Positions 1 to 19,714 of a stretch of DNA of 64,000 bases are shown here, in pieces. The DNA is from the human T2T-CHM13v2.0 reference genome, Homo sapiens, in NCBI RefSeq assembly GCF_009914755.1, contig NC_060925.1. One strand, given 5' to 3'. The translations under genes and the position numbers were made by a program. The notes beneath the pieces are model-generated. The model was not told the origin of the DNA. It saw nothing but the letters and a program-made list of their open reading frames with translations, and made no database searches. The first letter of the stretch is position 1. Each line of letters opens with the position of its first letter.

Positions 1-1142
1 AAAGCCAGGAAGGATTTTAATAATTTTTCTGCCCTGTGCAGTCTCTTCACCAAAAAGCCAACATGGTAAACAGGCCGATGGCAGGATGGGGTGGGGACCA
101 ATCAGGGGGTATGGGGCTAAGGAAGTGCCAGCAGCTTGCTATGTATGAACCAACCTAGGTGGTTTTAAAAGCAGCTTCCCTGAATGCCATCACTGACTGA
201 GTCGCTTCTCACATTCAAGTCACTTCATGTTGGAGTTCAGAACACTCCAGATAAAAGTGGAAGAAAAAACATAAGCTGCAGAAGACATGTCAATTTCTTT
301 AAGGCCTGCCTTTTGCTCACTTCCCTCCTCCCAACCCCACTTGCCAACAAGAAGGAATGAAGAGAATCCAGAGCCAGTGATCTTTTCTGACTAAAGCGGG
401 AAACTGAGAGTAAGACAACGCACCCTCTAAGTGTAGAGAAACTTGGATGGGGAGTGAGAAACCCGGGTGGCGGCCTCTAGTTCTACCACAGACATTGTTG
501 GACCTCAGATGTGTCTTTTACACTTTCTGGGTCTCAGCTTCATCAGTCAAACAAAAAGGCCAGACTAAATGATATTTAACAATGATATACTATTGTCCTT
601 TCCAATAACACTATGAATGACATCCTTAACCATGCTATCTCCATTTGCCCTTGTAGAAACTATAAACAGGTCCGAAAAGATCTAAGTAGAGGCATACCAT
701 TTGATTAATTGGAGTACCTCATGTTATATAAATTATTCAAACTTTTTAAATAATTTTCTATAAGTCTTGCCATTAATACTTAAATCGCATCAATAATAGA
801 TATTTCAGTACCTATCTATGATAGAGGACTGCTGTAAAATAATGTCTTTCAACTGAAAGTGCTTCTAATTCTCCCAGAATAACTTTTTAAATCTACGTAA
901 CCTTTAGGATGAGAAGGCAAATACTCTTATCTCATATGACAGATGAGCAAACAAAGGGACTTCTGAGACCTTTTTAGGAAGCTAGTAACAGACAAACAAA
1001 ACTAGAATCCAGCAATCCCATCTCTATGTGTCAGGTTATTTTTCACCTTGCCAAAGAAACCTTACCAAAGAAGAGTATAAACAAGATCAGAATTAGAAAG
1101 AACTTAAGAACTTTTGTGCACTTTGGGAGTGCTTATTAATAA

Positions 1143-1513
<371 letters not shown>

Positions 1514-1619
1514 CTGCTGTTTCCTTTTCTAACCAGTGGTCTACAATTGAGACTAGGCTTCCTTGCCCATGTTTGTGAAGTTTAGCAACAGAATCACATC
1601 TAAAATTGTTATTCACCTA

Positions 1620-2200
<581 letters not shown>

Positions 2201-3114
2201 GAAAGAAAGTTGGCCAAATCAGAAGGTGTAAAAAAGTAAAAGACCACTGGACTGTTAAAAAAAAAAAAAGGCAAAGAGAAGAAAAAAGAGAAAAGAAAAG
2301 GAAAAGAAAAGAAAAGAAAGAAAAGTTTGCCTGTGTGAAAGTGATAAGGAAAATGTAGAGTTGAGGATCAGTTTTGTTGTTATTTTTGTTTAATGAGGGT
2401 ACTATCCTAGCACTGTCTGTCACATGTACGAGCTGCAAGTCTTAGGAGGTGCAAGTCACCCAAAGGTTTCGAATCTTTTTACCTTCACACTCAACTCAGA
2501 GAATGTGACTTCCCTTGTACTGACTGTTAAGTGCCCAGAGCATCAATCTAGAAGTTTTTTGTTTTACATGCATCTCATCTCCCTTAGGAGAAGTGTATCT
2601 CATCTCTTAAAATGGAAGATTAAAATGCCCTTCTATATACTTGGTGGTATCAGAAGAAGAATACTAAGCTGTACCTATTAGAGAGCCTGAGTGAAAAAGG
2701 TTTTCTGCTGCTATTTTAATTTGAAGGCATATTTTACAGGGTCACTATTATTTCTACCCCCTGTAACAAGTTTATTTCCATTTTATTGCTTCTAGGGAAT
2801 TTCCCTTTGTCTCTATTCCACACTCTCTCTCCATCCTGCCTGCTGCCCTGGCAACATGCTATAAGGGAAAACCACACATGGGATTGAAAGTCAGATTATC
2901 TGGGTTCTATTCTAATTCAGTCACATATTACTTTAAGTGATTAAACTTCACAACCTCAGTTTCCACAACTGTATATAGAGATTACATCTAAACTTCATGG
3001 GACTGTTGTAAGGATTATATAAAAATATACATTAAATGCCTAAGCACATAATGCCTGAACGAAAATATACCCTACACATATTAATTCAATTTTCTTTTCA
3101 TCACTGTACACATT

Positions 3115-3120
3115 CTTTTT

Positions 3121-3162
<42 letters not shown>

Positions 3163-3213
3163 CCCCCCCCCCAATCAGGAAGCCCTGGGGGGGGGCGGGG
3201 GGGGGGGCGGGGG
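3115..3213. repeat. T/(CT)n/C-run followed by G-runs
   Basis: Direct reading. Confidence 0.9.
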
Positions 3214-3494
3214 AAACACCTTGAGAAAGTAACTTGCCCAGTTACAGCAGAAATAATTTTAAATAAGTACTAAGAGAGGTGGATGGGTGGGGCCAGAGGT
3301 ATAATAAGGCAGCATCCAAAAGGGCAAGGAAGATGCCCAAGTCAGAATAATCAGGCTCTGTGCCAGTTCTGCCTCCCACCCCTAAGCCCTAAGTTCCTTC
3401 TTGTAGCTATAACTATGTCTATCTCCTTCTTTTACTAAGTCACACTTGCCAACATGTCTCACGTCAATGTCTACATTATTAAAAACAAACAGGA

Positions 3495-4095
<601 letters not shown>

Positions 4096-4932
4096 AATTA
4101 AAATTAAAACTCACTCACATTCACACACCAGGTAGTACAATGGGCAGTAGAATCCTGAGTTCTACTCTTGTCTCTCCAACTTACTAGAATAGTTTCCTCA
4201 TTTGTAACACAGAAATGACAATGTGTCTTGACTACAAGATTATAAGGACCAAACAGAAGAATGTATGTGAAAGTACTTTGTACACAATAAAACATGGTTA
4301 TTGTCATAGGTACAGTGGGTCTACCTTTGGCCAGTTTAGGTGTTAGGTTTTACTTTAAAAAGGCCTCAGTTCTACAATACTCTATTTCTGTGATCCAAGG
4401 CTGCCTATTTCCAGTTCAAGTCCTCTTCTTCCTGGCAGCTGAAAATTTTATATTGTCATCCTAATTTCACTTGATTCCCTGATTTTTGCAAGGTTCCTCA
4501 AATTTCTCTAACCAAATGGGCTCCATGTCTCCAAAATGGTAACTAAAGACCACTAGAACTGATCACCTCTACCTGTCCTTTTGGTTCTAATATTCTAAGA
4601 TTCTTGGGCCTATGTTCCCAATGCACTTTGTCTGTATCTCTACTTGAGCAATTTTCTTAGTCTACTTTGCATTACAGGTTTATCTGACACCATCTCCTAA
4701 AGAAAAAGCCACAGGTAGGTTGTCCTATGTTGTTTTATATTCCCCGTAGCAATTAACGTGGAGCTTCACAAAAGTATTAGTTGAATTGACTTGATGCTAA
4801 TTTCTCATTTTTTTATACTTACTATCCCTACTACACCATAATTATAGACCACCTTATTCTTTTGTACTGCCATTGGCCTGGTACAGTGTGAAATAAACAG
4901 TCAACATTTTTTTTAACGACCTGATGTGACTA

Positions 4933-4936
<4 letters not shown>

Positions 4937-4963
<27 letters not shown>

Positions 4964-5085
4964 GAGACAGGGTATCACTCTGTTGCCCAGGCTACGGTGA
5001 AGTGGCACAATCACAGCTCACTATAACCTCGAACTCCTGGGCTCGAGCAATCCTCCTGCCTCAGCCTCCTGATTAGCTAGGACAT
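4937..5085 (-). mobile_element. Partial AluJ
   Basis: Long T tract then reverse right-arm sequence. Confidence 0.85.
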
Positions 5086-5632
5086 AACTGAAAGTGAAAG
5101 CAAGTATGACAACTCAGATCTTAGTTTTAGCTTTAAAAATAACAAGCTATGGGTGTGACCTTAGGCAAACTGCTTCATTTCTCCAGGCCTCATTAAGATA
5201 TCTCTTACAACTTTTAAACAAAGTCTGGAGAGGATGTTGAGAGGAATCAAGTAAGAATAAGCCCTTCTGAAAAACCCTAGGTTTATCTCTAGTATAGCAC
5301 TTATCATTCTGTATTATAATTGTCTACTTGTTACTCTCCTGTACCAAACCCCGAGCTCCTGAAAGGCCAGAATTATGTATTTCATCTCTGAATCCAAGCA
5401 TGTGCATAGAACGTGGCACACAGTAACAGTTCAGTAAATGTTCAATGGCCAAACTACTGAAAATTATAAGTGCCTATACTTACGAAGACTCTTATGTATA
5501 AATGGACTTATATAAACTTATAAGAAAGAATAATTCATCTCCCTCATGTACAACCCTTTCAAATAACATTAAATAAAAGTATTTTTCTTATTATCACCAG
5601 CTCAAGTCCAGGTTTTGTTTTTTGTTGGTAGT

Positions 5633-5930
5633 TTTTTTTTTTTTTAAAGACAGAGTCGTGCTCTGTCACCGAAGCTGGAGTGCGGTGGAGCAATCATGGC
5701 TTCCTGCAGTCTCAACCCCCTGGACTCAAGCAAATCCTCCCCGCTCAGCTCCCAGAGTAGCTGGGACTACAGGGATGTGTCACCACAACAAGCTAAGTTT
5801 TGTATGTTTTGTAGAGATGGGGTTTCACCATGTTGCCCAGGCTGGTCTCAAACTCCAGAGCTCGAGCAATTCACCCACCTCAGCCTCCCAAAATGCTGGA
5901 ATTATAGACATGAGACACGGCACCAGCCTA
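5633..5930 (-). mobile_element. AluJ
   Basis: Reverse Alu dimer. Confidence 0.88.
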
Positions 5931-6067
5931 GGAAGTCCAATTATTGAATGCCCAGAATCATCTGAAATTCAGGATCCCTAGAAGATATCCTGACAAGGGC
6001 CTCAGAAGTGCATGCCTCCTACGCTCTAAATAATATACCTCCTAATAAATAAATAAACATATATATA

Positions 6068-6342
6068 TGGAGACAGGTCTCTCTGTCACCCAGGCAGGAG
6101 TGCAGTGGTGCAATCATGGCTTAATGCAGCCTTAAGCTCCTGGGCTCAAGAGACCCTCCCACCTCAGCCTCCCAAGTATCTGTGCACCAAAATGCCCAGC
6201 TAATTTTTTTTATTTTTATTTTTTTGTAGAGACAGGGTCTTGCTATGTTGCCCAGGCTGGTCTTGAACTCCTGGCCTCAAACGATCCTCTTCTCTCGACC
6301 TCCCAAAGTGCTAGGATTACAGGCATGAGCCACTACGCCTGA
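6068..6342 (-). mobile_element. AluJ
   Basis: Reverse Alu dimer. Confidence 0.88.
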
Positions 6343-7123
6343 CAATAATACCTAATGCTTATACATTATTTCATAGTTCAAAGCACTTTCACATCCATAC
6401 TCTCAATCCTTAATAATGACCCCATAAGGATATTATCAAATTCATTTTATATGTTGAAGAAATTGAGGCTCATATTTTAAATACTTTGCTAACCTAAGGC
6501 AAGCTGATATCAACTAAAGGAGGGCTTTCATATTTAGCCTCTCTTGCTTCAGTGCCCAAAAGAGGCAGAAACAAGAACACCACCATCTCCACTCCCCTGG
6601 CCTCTACAAACGAGGTGGATCAGACCACTATCTGCTATTGCTTTACTGAGCTGACTACCTCTTAAGTTTTTCTCGTCTCCATAAAAATCAGTTACCCAGA
6701 GTATTTTATTATGTCTTAAGCAAAAAATAAGACCAGCCCAGGGAGAAAAATCCCCAAGATTACAAACAACCACATTTATAAGCTGCTGGCTTATATCTTT
6801 ATATACAAAGCTAAAAAAATAAGGGGAAAACCTGCTCCAATGGGGAGCTGTAAACCCTACTGACCAAACAGCCCCTTGGCACTTAGGTAGGTAGTTATAT
6901 ACAGCTAATTTAGTCTGTAATAGTTTTTGTACTTCTTCAATAATTTGTACTGCCTATTGTTTTCTCCATACCATTCTAAATGCCTCAAGAGCAGAGATCA
7001 CATCTTCTAGTTAATTTACATCTGTTCCTGTACAATGACCATATAGTACCCAAACCAAAATTGGTTTTTCTGGCCTAGAAATTTATATAAAGTCTTATCC
7101 AAATTTAAAAATTAAAATACATA

Positions 7124-7720
<597 letters not shown>

Positions 7721-8898
7721 TAATTAATTAATTTTAAAAAGACTTTAAGTAATTGACATTCTTCAACTGAGTAACATTTATAAAATCAACAGTTTCTAAT
7801 AAAGAAACACCAAAAGACACTTAACACCTACAATGGTGCCAGGCATACATTTGAGTGGGCACTCAATAAAGTTGTGCTGAATGAATGATAACTGAGAGCT
7901 TAAAATCCATTAAAAACCACTTAAGGCAGAATAAAATATCCAGGACAAGAGCCAAAAGAAATGACTAGAGACTGTCAAGTTAATTGGAAAAATAAGATTC
8001 TAAGGTAGTTCCACTCAAAGTCATACTTAGGGTACCACAAGTGAACACTCTGGATTCAAGCACCACATTATATGTACAGCCAGAGTGAATGCATTAGGGC
8101 AGTGACTTAGCACGAGGGTTCTCTCTGCTCAGACCAGCAGCATGCAACCAGCAGCAGCTTGCCCCTTCCCCCAGTTAGTCCCCATTACCAACGCCCTGAA
8201 GCCTAGTCACAGAACTACAGCAGTTAAGCCAGGCAGTACTAAAAGTTAGAAGGAAATGAGCATGCCACCTGACACTTTTCTGGCACAGGCTAAGCCGATT
8301 AGTTTAGGTTACAAACACAACTACAAGATTCCAGGACACTGAAGAAACTACTCTTTTTCTGCAAACTAAAAATAACCTATTAAAACGGGAGTGTTCTTCA
8401 AGTATTTCTGCCCTGCCAGCAACCCAAAGTTCCATTTCCTCAAATCCTTCTTAGTCTTATTGGATCCAAGTCTCCACACCTCCCCCATCTTCCCAACTCT
8501 TCATCCTAATGCTATGAACACAGTAAAAGACCTAAACTCCTTTCCTAACTCATGCTTTTAACGTTTCTTTTCTAATAAGCAATCGTGCAGAACTTCTATG
8601 GCTCCTGCCTTGTGTAGAACCACAACTGGAAGACATGCTGAGCTTCAGCAAAGAATAATGAAAAACAAAGAAAAACTGAAGGACAAGATGCAGCATGCTC
8701 GGGAAGTCAGCTAAATGCTTTTCATTCAGGCAGGAATAGAAGGAGCCTCACCTACCTAGAAGAATACAGCATAAGGACAAATGGTGTCTAGTATAGAGCT
8801 AGACTATACTTTATCACTTTAGAACAAAGCCATCAAGCGTGTTCTAGAGACAGACTCATGTCCAAATAGCTTTAGTATCCTATAAGAATCATTAGGCT

Positions 8899-9207
<309 letters not shown>

Positions 9208-9250
9208 CTATCTCAAGGTTGAAGTGACATTTTTCAGGGTTAAACAAACT

Positions 9251-9391
9251 CCCATCATTTAAGCCAAATAAATCAAGATTGAATTGCAGACTTTCTGGTC
9301 ATACAGAGCTGAGAGAAGGACTCAAATCCTACTACTAGGAAGTGGAAATTCCAAGGAAGCTAGAAAACCCTGTCCTCAGTAGCTCTCCCTG
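9251..9391 (+). repeat. 141-bp direct repeat, copy 1
   Basis: Ungapped match to 10678-10818 with 10 mismatches by manual count. Confidence 0.95.
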
Positions 9392-10677
9392 CTCTCAGGC
9401 CCTGAGGTAAGCCAGCATTTCCTTTCCAAGGTCAAAAATTAACCATAGACTTTGAACATCTCTGTGCTTTGCAACAGCACCAGGAAAATGCCACAATGCT
9501 AAGCCACCCTATATAGACCTAAGACATTTGCTATTCTTGATTATTCCCAAGAGTAGTCACTTGGGATACTCATTAATGTACTTTCTAAAGATCCAACTTT
9601 CAAAGTAGTCTTTTCTCATTCTTATTTTTAACCTTTCACCATCTCTCTTTAAAAAAACAAAAACATTCAGATGTCTTAGAGCACTGAAGAAAAAGAAAAC
9701 AAAAATTGGCTTATCTATATAATCTACACTCTCAGAAAAATTCCTCCTGAAAAAAAAAATTTTTGCCCTAAGACCACCCAAGGTACACACCATGGTAAAG
9801 TTTCAATGCAGAATCATGCTGTGAGCAAGAGCAAATGGAAAGCTGCAGCCCTTCATCAAACAGCATTAGAACCTTCCAAGATTCGTGAAATCAAAGAATA
9901 TCAGAGCTGGAAAGATACTTAGGGTGCAATAATCTAGTCTAGCCTTTCATTTTAAAGATGGGGAAAATAAAGCCCAAAGAGAGGAAACGGAGTCTTGAAG
10001 CAAAGCTGGACCTAGGACCTAAGTGGCCAGACTCCCAACTCTGGTATCTTCTGCCACACCATACCTCTTCACAAGACTGACTTTAAGGGAGTCAAGTGGC
10101 TAAGGACAGGGTAGGCAAAAGAAAGTAAACATATGGTACCAAGCAAAGAAACCAACTCTCTGTGAATTCTCCTCTGTTGCTTTGTGGTGTGACTCAGGGA
10201 GAGTTATTCCTCCTCCATATGCCTTAATTTCAAGAGTTTTTCTCTTAAATATTTCATAATTTTACTAAGAAGCAAGATACAATTATCACTCATGCCTTAA
10301 TGGTGCCTCCCAACCACTACACAGGTGAAGTCAAAAACAATCGACTACTAGAATGGAAAGACTACAAGAAGCCTTAAACAGAAAGATTAACATCATTTTG
10401 GGGCAAGGAGGTACATTTTTTTAAAAGATTACTCAACTAGATGGCTCCACTGAAGGAATCCACATCACCTGACTTCATATTCTAGTATCTAGACTTCAAG
10501 GAAAATAAGTTCACTTTTCTGACTCTTGGTTTCTTTAACAGTAAAATGAAACGTACAGACTTTCGTTCATTCTAATGCCCTTTCAAACTCTAAATGACCT
10601 AACCTTGACAGGAGCCATGACAGTAAAAAAAAGGCAAGGTACGAAAGTGTTGAGCTTGCCCAGGTTTGGAGGTTTGC

Positions 10678-10818
10678 CCCATCATTTAAGCCAAATAAAT
10701 CAAGCTTGAATTGCAGATTTTCCCATCATACAGAGCTGAGAGAGGGACTCAAATCATACTACTAGGAAGTGGAAATTCCAAGGAAGTTAGAAAACCCTGT
10801 CCTCAATAGCCCTCCCTG
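10678..10818 (+). repeat. 141-bp direct repeat, copy 2
   Basis: Ungapped match to 9251-9391. Confidence 0.95.
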
Positions 10819-12022
10819 GAAGCTGGCAGATATGCTTGGGTATCTGCTGGCCTAGTCCTACGCATGAGTCCTAGCAGATATGCTTACAACCCGACAGTAT
10901 CAGTGGCATCGTTAAAATTAAAATGGAGAAAACAGTGCATACTTTCTTCAAAAGTATGCCCACTAAAATGATGGCTGCGACCCCTGTAAGGATCTAGCTG
11001 GACCATCTGCAGATGGTTTAAATTTGCCATTGCTGATTTTTTTTCTATCCCCTACCTTGATATCAAGTATTTAGTGTCTTACTACGAAGTAAATCATATA
11101 CTTTCTCAATATCCTATTCTCTTTGTTTTTCTCTTTCATTTTAAGTGCATGTTAGACATTTAAAGATCTATGAAAAATAAACTCTTAGTAACAGGTAAAT
11201 AACTAGAATTTTCAATAAACACGGAAAAAAGTGTTGAGTGTGAGCAAGCTTTTTACTAAAGCACATCAGTCTATACAGCCAATTCAGCATTCTCCATTCA
11301 GAGGCTGCCTCTTCCCAGGGATGTGGCTAATAGTGAAAACACAAAATAATGTAAGGAAAGAGGACAAAGGTTTCATTTTCTGCTGTCTCATCGACACATC
11401 TTAACATGGAGGACACAGTATATCAGAGATTAAAGCCAGAAGTTAAATCAATGCAAAAGGAAATGCAAGCTCCAATGTCAATTATGAAAAGTAACGAATC
11501 TTAAATAAGCAAGTACTTGCCTGCCTGCCTGCCTGCCTGCCTACTAAGACTGGGTTGAAGATTATTTCTATCGACAAGGTTACAAACAGTAATTTTCAAC
11601 ACTTCATATGGATATACAATTACCTGGGTACTTGTTAAAATTACAGATTCCTCGGTACCATTTTCAAATCTTCTGATTAAGTGGATCTGTTACAGAGCCC
11701 ACAGACTGTGCATTCTGATACAGATAGTCCACAGACTATACTTTTTAAAATACTGTGAAGTGTGTATGGGAGGGCGATCATTAGGTCTCCTGGACACATA
11801 AATATACGTCTTCTGGAATGGTATAACCCACAGTAAAATATGTGTTCCAAGGATGGCATGCAGGCCAATTTTTAACTGTACCAGACCCACTCCCCTCCCT
11901 TCTACCTCCTAAAGCAACTTCTGAAGTCAGTGCTCTCTCAACTCATATAAAGGGCCCTTCTAAATAGTGACTAAAACACACTATGTTGGCTCCTATTTTA
12001 GATCCTATTTTAAAACAAGCAA

Positions 12023-12130
12023 GGCCGGGTGCAGAGGTCATGCTTGTAATCCCAGTACATTGGGAGGATAAGGCAGGAGGATCAGCTGAGCCCAGGAGTT
12101 TGGGGCCAGCCTGAGCAACATAGTGAGACC
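12023..12130 (+). mobile_element. FLAM / Alu left monomer
   Basis: Monomer ending atagtgagacc. Confidence 0.8.
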
Positions 12131-13141
12131 CAACATACTTGCTTCTCCTGTTTTACTTCTCTTCATGGTTCTCAGTATTTCCTGAGATTCATTATATTTT
12201 ATATTTACTTACACTCTCTCTCACTGAATGTAAGCTCTATTAGAAAAGGGGCTTCCCCACCACTACCACTATATTCCTAGAACCCAGAACAGTACCTGGC
12301 ATATGACAGATGCTCCACAGAAGTTTAAATACGAAGAAGGCACCATTTTAGAAAACAAAATAAGTTCTTAGTCTTACACCCTGTTCAGTTTATTGACCAT
12401 ACTGTCAGCTGTACCTTTCATCCTGGATGGCCATTCTTGCTTTTGATGTTTACAGAATTCAGGAAAGTGAATATAGGTACCAGCCCAGAGAGGCTCTCTG
12501 CTACCTGACTTTCACTACTCTATGGTAATGTGCAATTTCTCCCGCAACTGAACTACAACAGAAGTTTAAATGTCTAGCCTACAGATAGATGTTTCCACAT
12601 GCCTTAAACTCCACAGGAATGAGTTGTCTTTTACTATGTGAGAAGTCAAATGTAATGTTGGCAAATACCAGTGTGAGAGCTACAAGTTTCAACAAAAGCA
12701 GCACACTGTATATTGGCAGTCAAAATCACTTCGCTCTATTCTGCATTAGGTCAGCCAAACGCTTCCTGTCAAGACTCAGTAACTCTCACCATACATTTTT
12801 GTCTATTCATTGGTCTATGGGCAGTAATGTCTTATAAAGCACACATTACTAAGTGCTTTATATACATCACCCTATTCCTCAAAATAATTCTATAAGAGTT
12901 ATTATTCTCATTTTAGAGATTACAAAATTGAAGCTCCAAGGCACTTAGCAATTTGCAACTAATAACTAATTAGCAGGGCTGGGATTTGAATTCAGGTCTA
13001 CCTGACTTTAAATTCTTGGTTTTTTTCACTGTATTAGTTTAATTCTTAAGGCTTCTCCCACCACCTTCCACCCTCTGCACTAAGCCTGGCACACAGAAAA
13101 CATTTGATATTTACTGAATCCATGAGAGTTAAAAAGGATAA

Positions 13142-13923
<782 letters not shown>

Positions 13924-14933
13924 TTATTCCAAAATGGAATCCATCATAACATAATTCATTACTATGGGAATTTGGATATAAAGCAAGTGAAATCATAAAA
14001 AGCAGCATAGCTTAGTGTACTAAGACATGGATGTGAAGTAAAATCTGAATTTATTAATAAGTTTCAGCTAAAAGAGATAAATGTACTTGCCTCCCCATCT
14101 AACAATCATGCTCTAAAGTTCAAATGTGTTAATGCTTATAAAAACACTTCATAAATGTAAAGTGTTATACAATATTAATTATTAGTGTTAATTGAGCCTT
14201 GAAGACAGAATAAAAGCCTCTAAGGCCAGCATTATTAAAACCCCATTATATTTGGAGCATTATAAGGTAAACATCTTAAACTCAAATTAGTTTATCCTTA
14301 AGAAAGAAAGGATGTGGCTTACCCATTACTAACCTTTTTATATGTCTAAGTGCTATGTCTCCAATTGGCACTATTAAGTCTCCAATAGCAGAGAACTGGG
14401 ATACAGACCTCAATATATTGTTTCACTTTTAGAAGGATTATAACCCTGGCCTCATTGTGGGGGAGGGACACTGGGTTCTATAACTAGATAATAATTCCCT
14501 CCTTTCATGCTAAGGCACTTATCTATTCAGAACATTAGATGTCAGATCTGTAATACTGATAAAAAATATTCCAGATTATTTCTTCCAGCTATAAAAGCTG
14601 TGCTTCTTAGGCGGAGCCAATAAACATTAACAGCATAAGCCTATATATTGATTAGTCTTTCCTAAGCTAAAGAGAAAATAAACAGAAAATATGCAACAAT
14701 CTTTAAAGGCTATAGCATCACTCCTAATGAATGTCACAAAGTGCATTTATCGATGACATTGCTGAGACTGATATGAAATGATAAAATATTTTTAAAGCCA
14801 GTGGATCTGGGTAGATAAGAGACTGTTTAGAAGCTACTGGGATTGTGTGTATGTGGTGGGGCATATTTTAAATAATGATCAAGATAGGACAATCTCATCA
14901 TTAGACTCACCATTCTCTTATTTTCAGCCCTCA

Positions 14934-15298
<365 letters not shown>

Positions 15299-16211
15299 TC
15301 AGAATCTTGCAACACATTTTAACATGCACATAGCCTTCTTATAATTCAACATTTCCTCCAATCCATCTCGCAACAAAATCCTCCAACTATTCCACTCCTA
15401 CTAGAGAAACAAATTCCATCCCATCAAATTTTCCTAAGGAAATAAGATCACTTAAAAGATTTTCCTCCCCAGTTCATTCATTTTCTGCATCTGTATCTAT
15501 ATTTATATACGTACCATGTGCCAGAATCACAATGGCATTGTATATCTGCCAGGGCTGAGTTTCAAAGAATACATGTGCACTTAGCAGACAATATTATAAA
15601 TATTATAAATAAATAAGCAGATTTAGAATACAGGTGACTAACACATAAGTAAGATGTATAAAGGGTTATCCACAATAACTACAGATTAGTCTAAATTCCT
15701 TAATGCATCACTCAAAGCCCTGGCAAGCTGGAGGTTATCTTTTTTCCTTCTATGGACAGACTGATCCACTCATTTCCTGAAGACAAATTACTTCATGTTA
15801 TAACTTTGCCCAGACATTTTCCCTGCCTGGAATACCCTTTCCATCTCATCAAATCTATTCAAGAAATTCAATGCTAATCTCTCTTCAGTGGAACCTTTCC
15901 ACATTCACTATTTTTTAACTCTACCTTTGTTGATAACCTACTGACATTCGGTATATAAGCATATATTACTATGATAGATGTACTGTTCTTTTATACAGGA
16001 CATGCATAAACATTTGTGTATGTGTTTATGTCATAATACTCCAAGTAAAACACAAAACTCCTTGAAGGTGCAGAACTGTCATTTCTTTGTATTTTTACCT
16101 GTACAATATTATGAATATAATGGTTATTCAATAGAGATCTGTTTAAGAAAAAAATAAAAGAGGGAAAGAGAGGCGGGGTTATCCTTAGGATCCACCAAGT
16201 TAACAGTTATC

Positions 16212-16350
16212 TTTTTTTTTTTTTTTTTTTTTTAGAGATGGGGTCTCACTATATAGCCCAGTATGGTCTTGAATTCCTAGGCTCAAGCAATCCTCCCACC
16301 TCAGCCTGGCAAAGTGCTGGGATTTCAGGCGTGAACCACCATGCTCAGTC
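16212..16350 (-). mobile_element. FLAM
   Basis: Reverse monomer with T tract. Confidence 0.85.
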
Positions 16351-16439
16351 CCCAAATTAATAGTTTCTTGAAATTAAGCCCTTATCAATGGTCTGAATCC
16401 TTCCATTGTTTTATGGAGTACTATTTGTATTCATCAATG

Positions 16440-17280
<841 letters not shown>

Positions 17281-17316
17281 AAAAACGAGTTTGTTTCCTC
17301 TCACCTAATACTGTAG

Positions 17317-17775
<459 letters not shown>

Positions 17776-18199
17776 TAAATGCACTGAAATCACCAAATAA
17801 CTGCTCAACAAATGAGGACAGAAATATGGTATTTCCTTTTCTGACACCCCCTCCAGTTACATCTTTAAGTCAACAAATACTCATTAAGTACCTACCATGA
17901 GTCAGGCAGTGAGCTAGGCATCATTCTAATTTCTTACTTTTTCAATTTGTCATACTCATCAATGATATTCTGAAAGGTCAAACACCTGGTCATAAGCTAA
18001 AGAATCCTTGACACTGCCATCCCCAGTCAATCTCATTTTATTGAACAAAGAAATGCAACTAATTACAGCTACCTGCAGGGCACCATATAAACGTACTAGT
18101 TACTGTTTATGTCAGGAGACCACACAGAAAACTTTACTGTCCAATTCTTAATATGCGTCTCTTATCTACTATTGTTCTTCAAGAGAACACTTCTTGTTT

Positions 18200-18520
18200 A
18201 AAAAAAAAAAAAAACTATAAAAGACATTCCTGAGAAATCTGGAGACATCTGAATATGGGCTGATAAAGAAAAACAATTTTTTAGGTGTGATAATGGTATG
18301 GTGGTTACATAGCAGATTATCCTTATTATTTAGGGTGACACATCTGCAGCTTGTCAAATTGTTCAGAAAAAAATTTGTTGTGATATATATAGAGACACAG
18401 ATACTAACAGCAACTTAAGTATAATAAGGCAAACAGTTGACAATTACTGAATTCCAATGAATAGTCTAATAAGTATTCTATCAACTTTTCTATGTTTTAA
18501 ATTTTTCATAAGAAGTTGCT
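18200..18520 (+). mobile_element. Old L1M 3' end fragment
   Basis: ttttaggtgtgataatggtatggtggtt and caacttttctatgttttaaatttttcata motifs. Confidence 0.55.
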
Positions 18521-18999
18521 GAGAAGAAAATGTTTATTTTAAGAAGATTATTAGGTGCAATTTTCTAGCTATAACTACTTGATGGTCTTTAATACAAGCT
18601 TTTACATATAATTAGACCAAAACTGATCCAGAAAATACTACAGGACTCAGAAACTGAACCACTAAAACGCAAGAAATACTGACATAAGAAGTAAGGAACC
18701 CAAGGCAAAAACCTGGGCAAAAGCCTAGACTAGGTCCCTTCTTCTTAACCAGCCTTGGGCTCAGAAAAGAAAGACACTCTATTTTGGAAGCCTGCTTCTA
18801 GAAAGCACAACACATGAAGACCCAATCTTTCAGCCTTATCCTCCCAAGGAGATAAGTCTATGATGGGAAACTAAACTACAAAATCACAGTGACGATATAT
18901 ACGAACAGATCTTTCTAAGCTCACAAGCATTTTTAAAAATATTATTTAATTATTATTGCTATTATTACTTAGGCAGATATTAAGAACTATAATCACAAC

Positions 19000-19710
<711 letters not shown>

Positions 19711-19714
19711 AGAT

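Noticed and set aside
9251-10818. Direct repeats as LTRs of a small retroelement
   Set aside because: No TG..CA termini, TSD, primer-binding site or polypurine tract seen
12522-12858. miR-32/92-like strings (minus AATTGCACATTACC; plus gcacacattactaagtg)
   Set aside because: Only partial matches, no convincing precursor hairpin, and the second lies in MIR-like sequence
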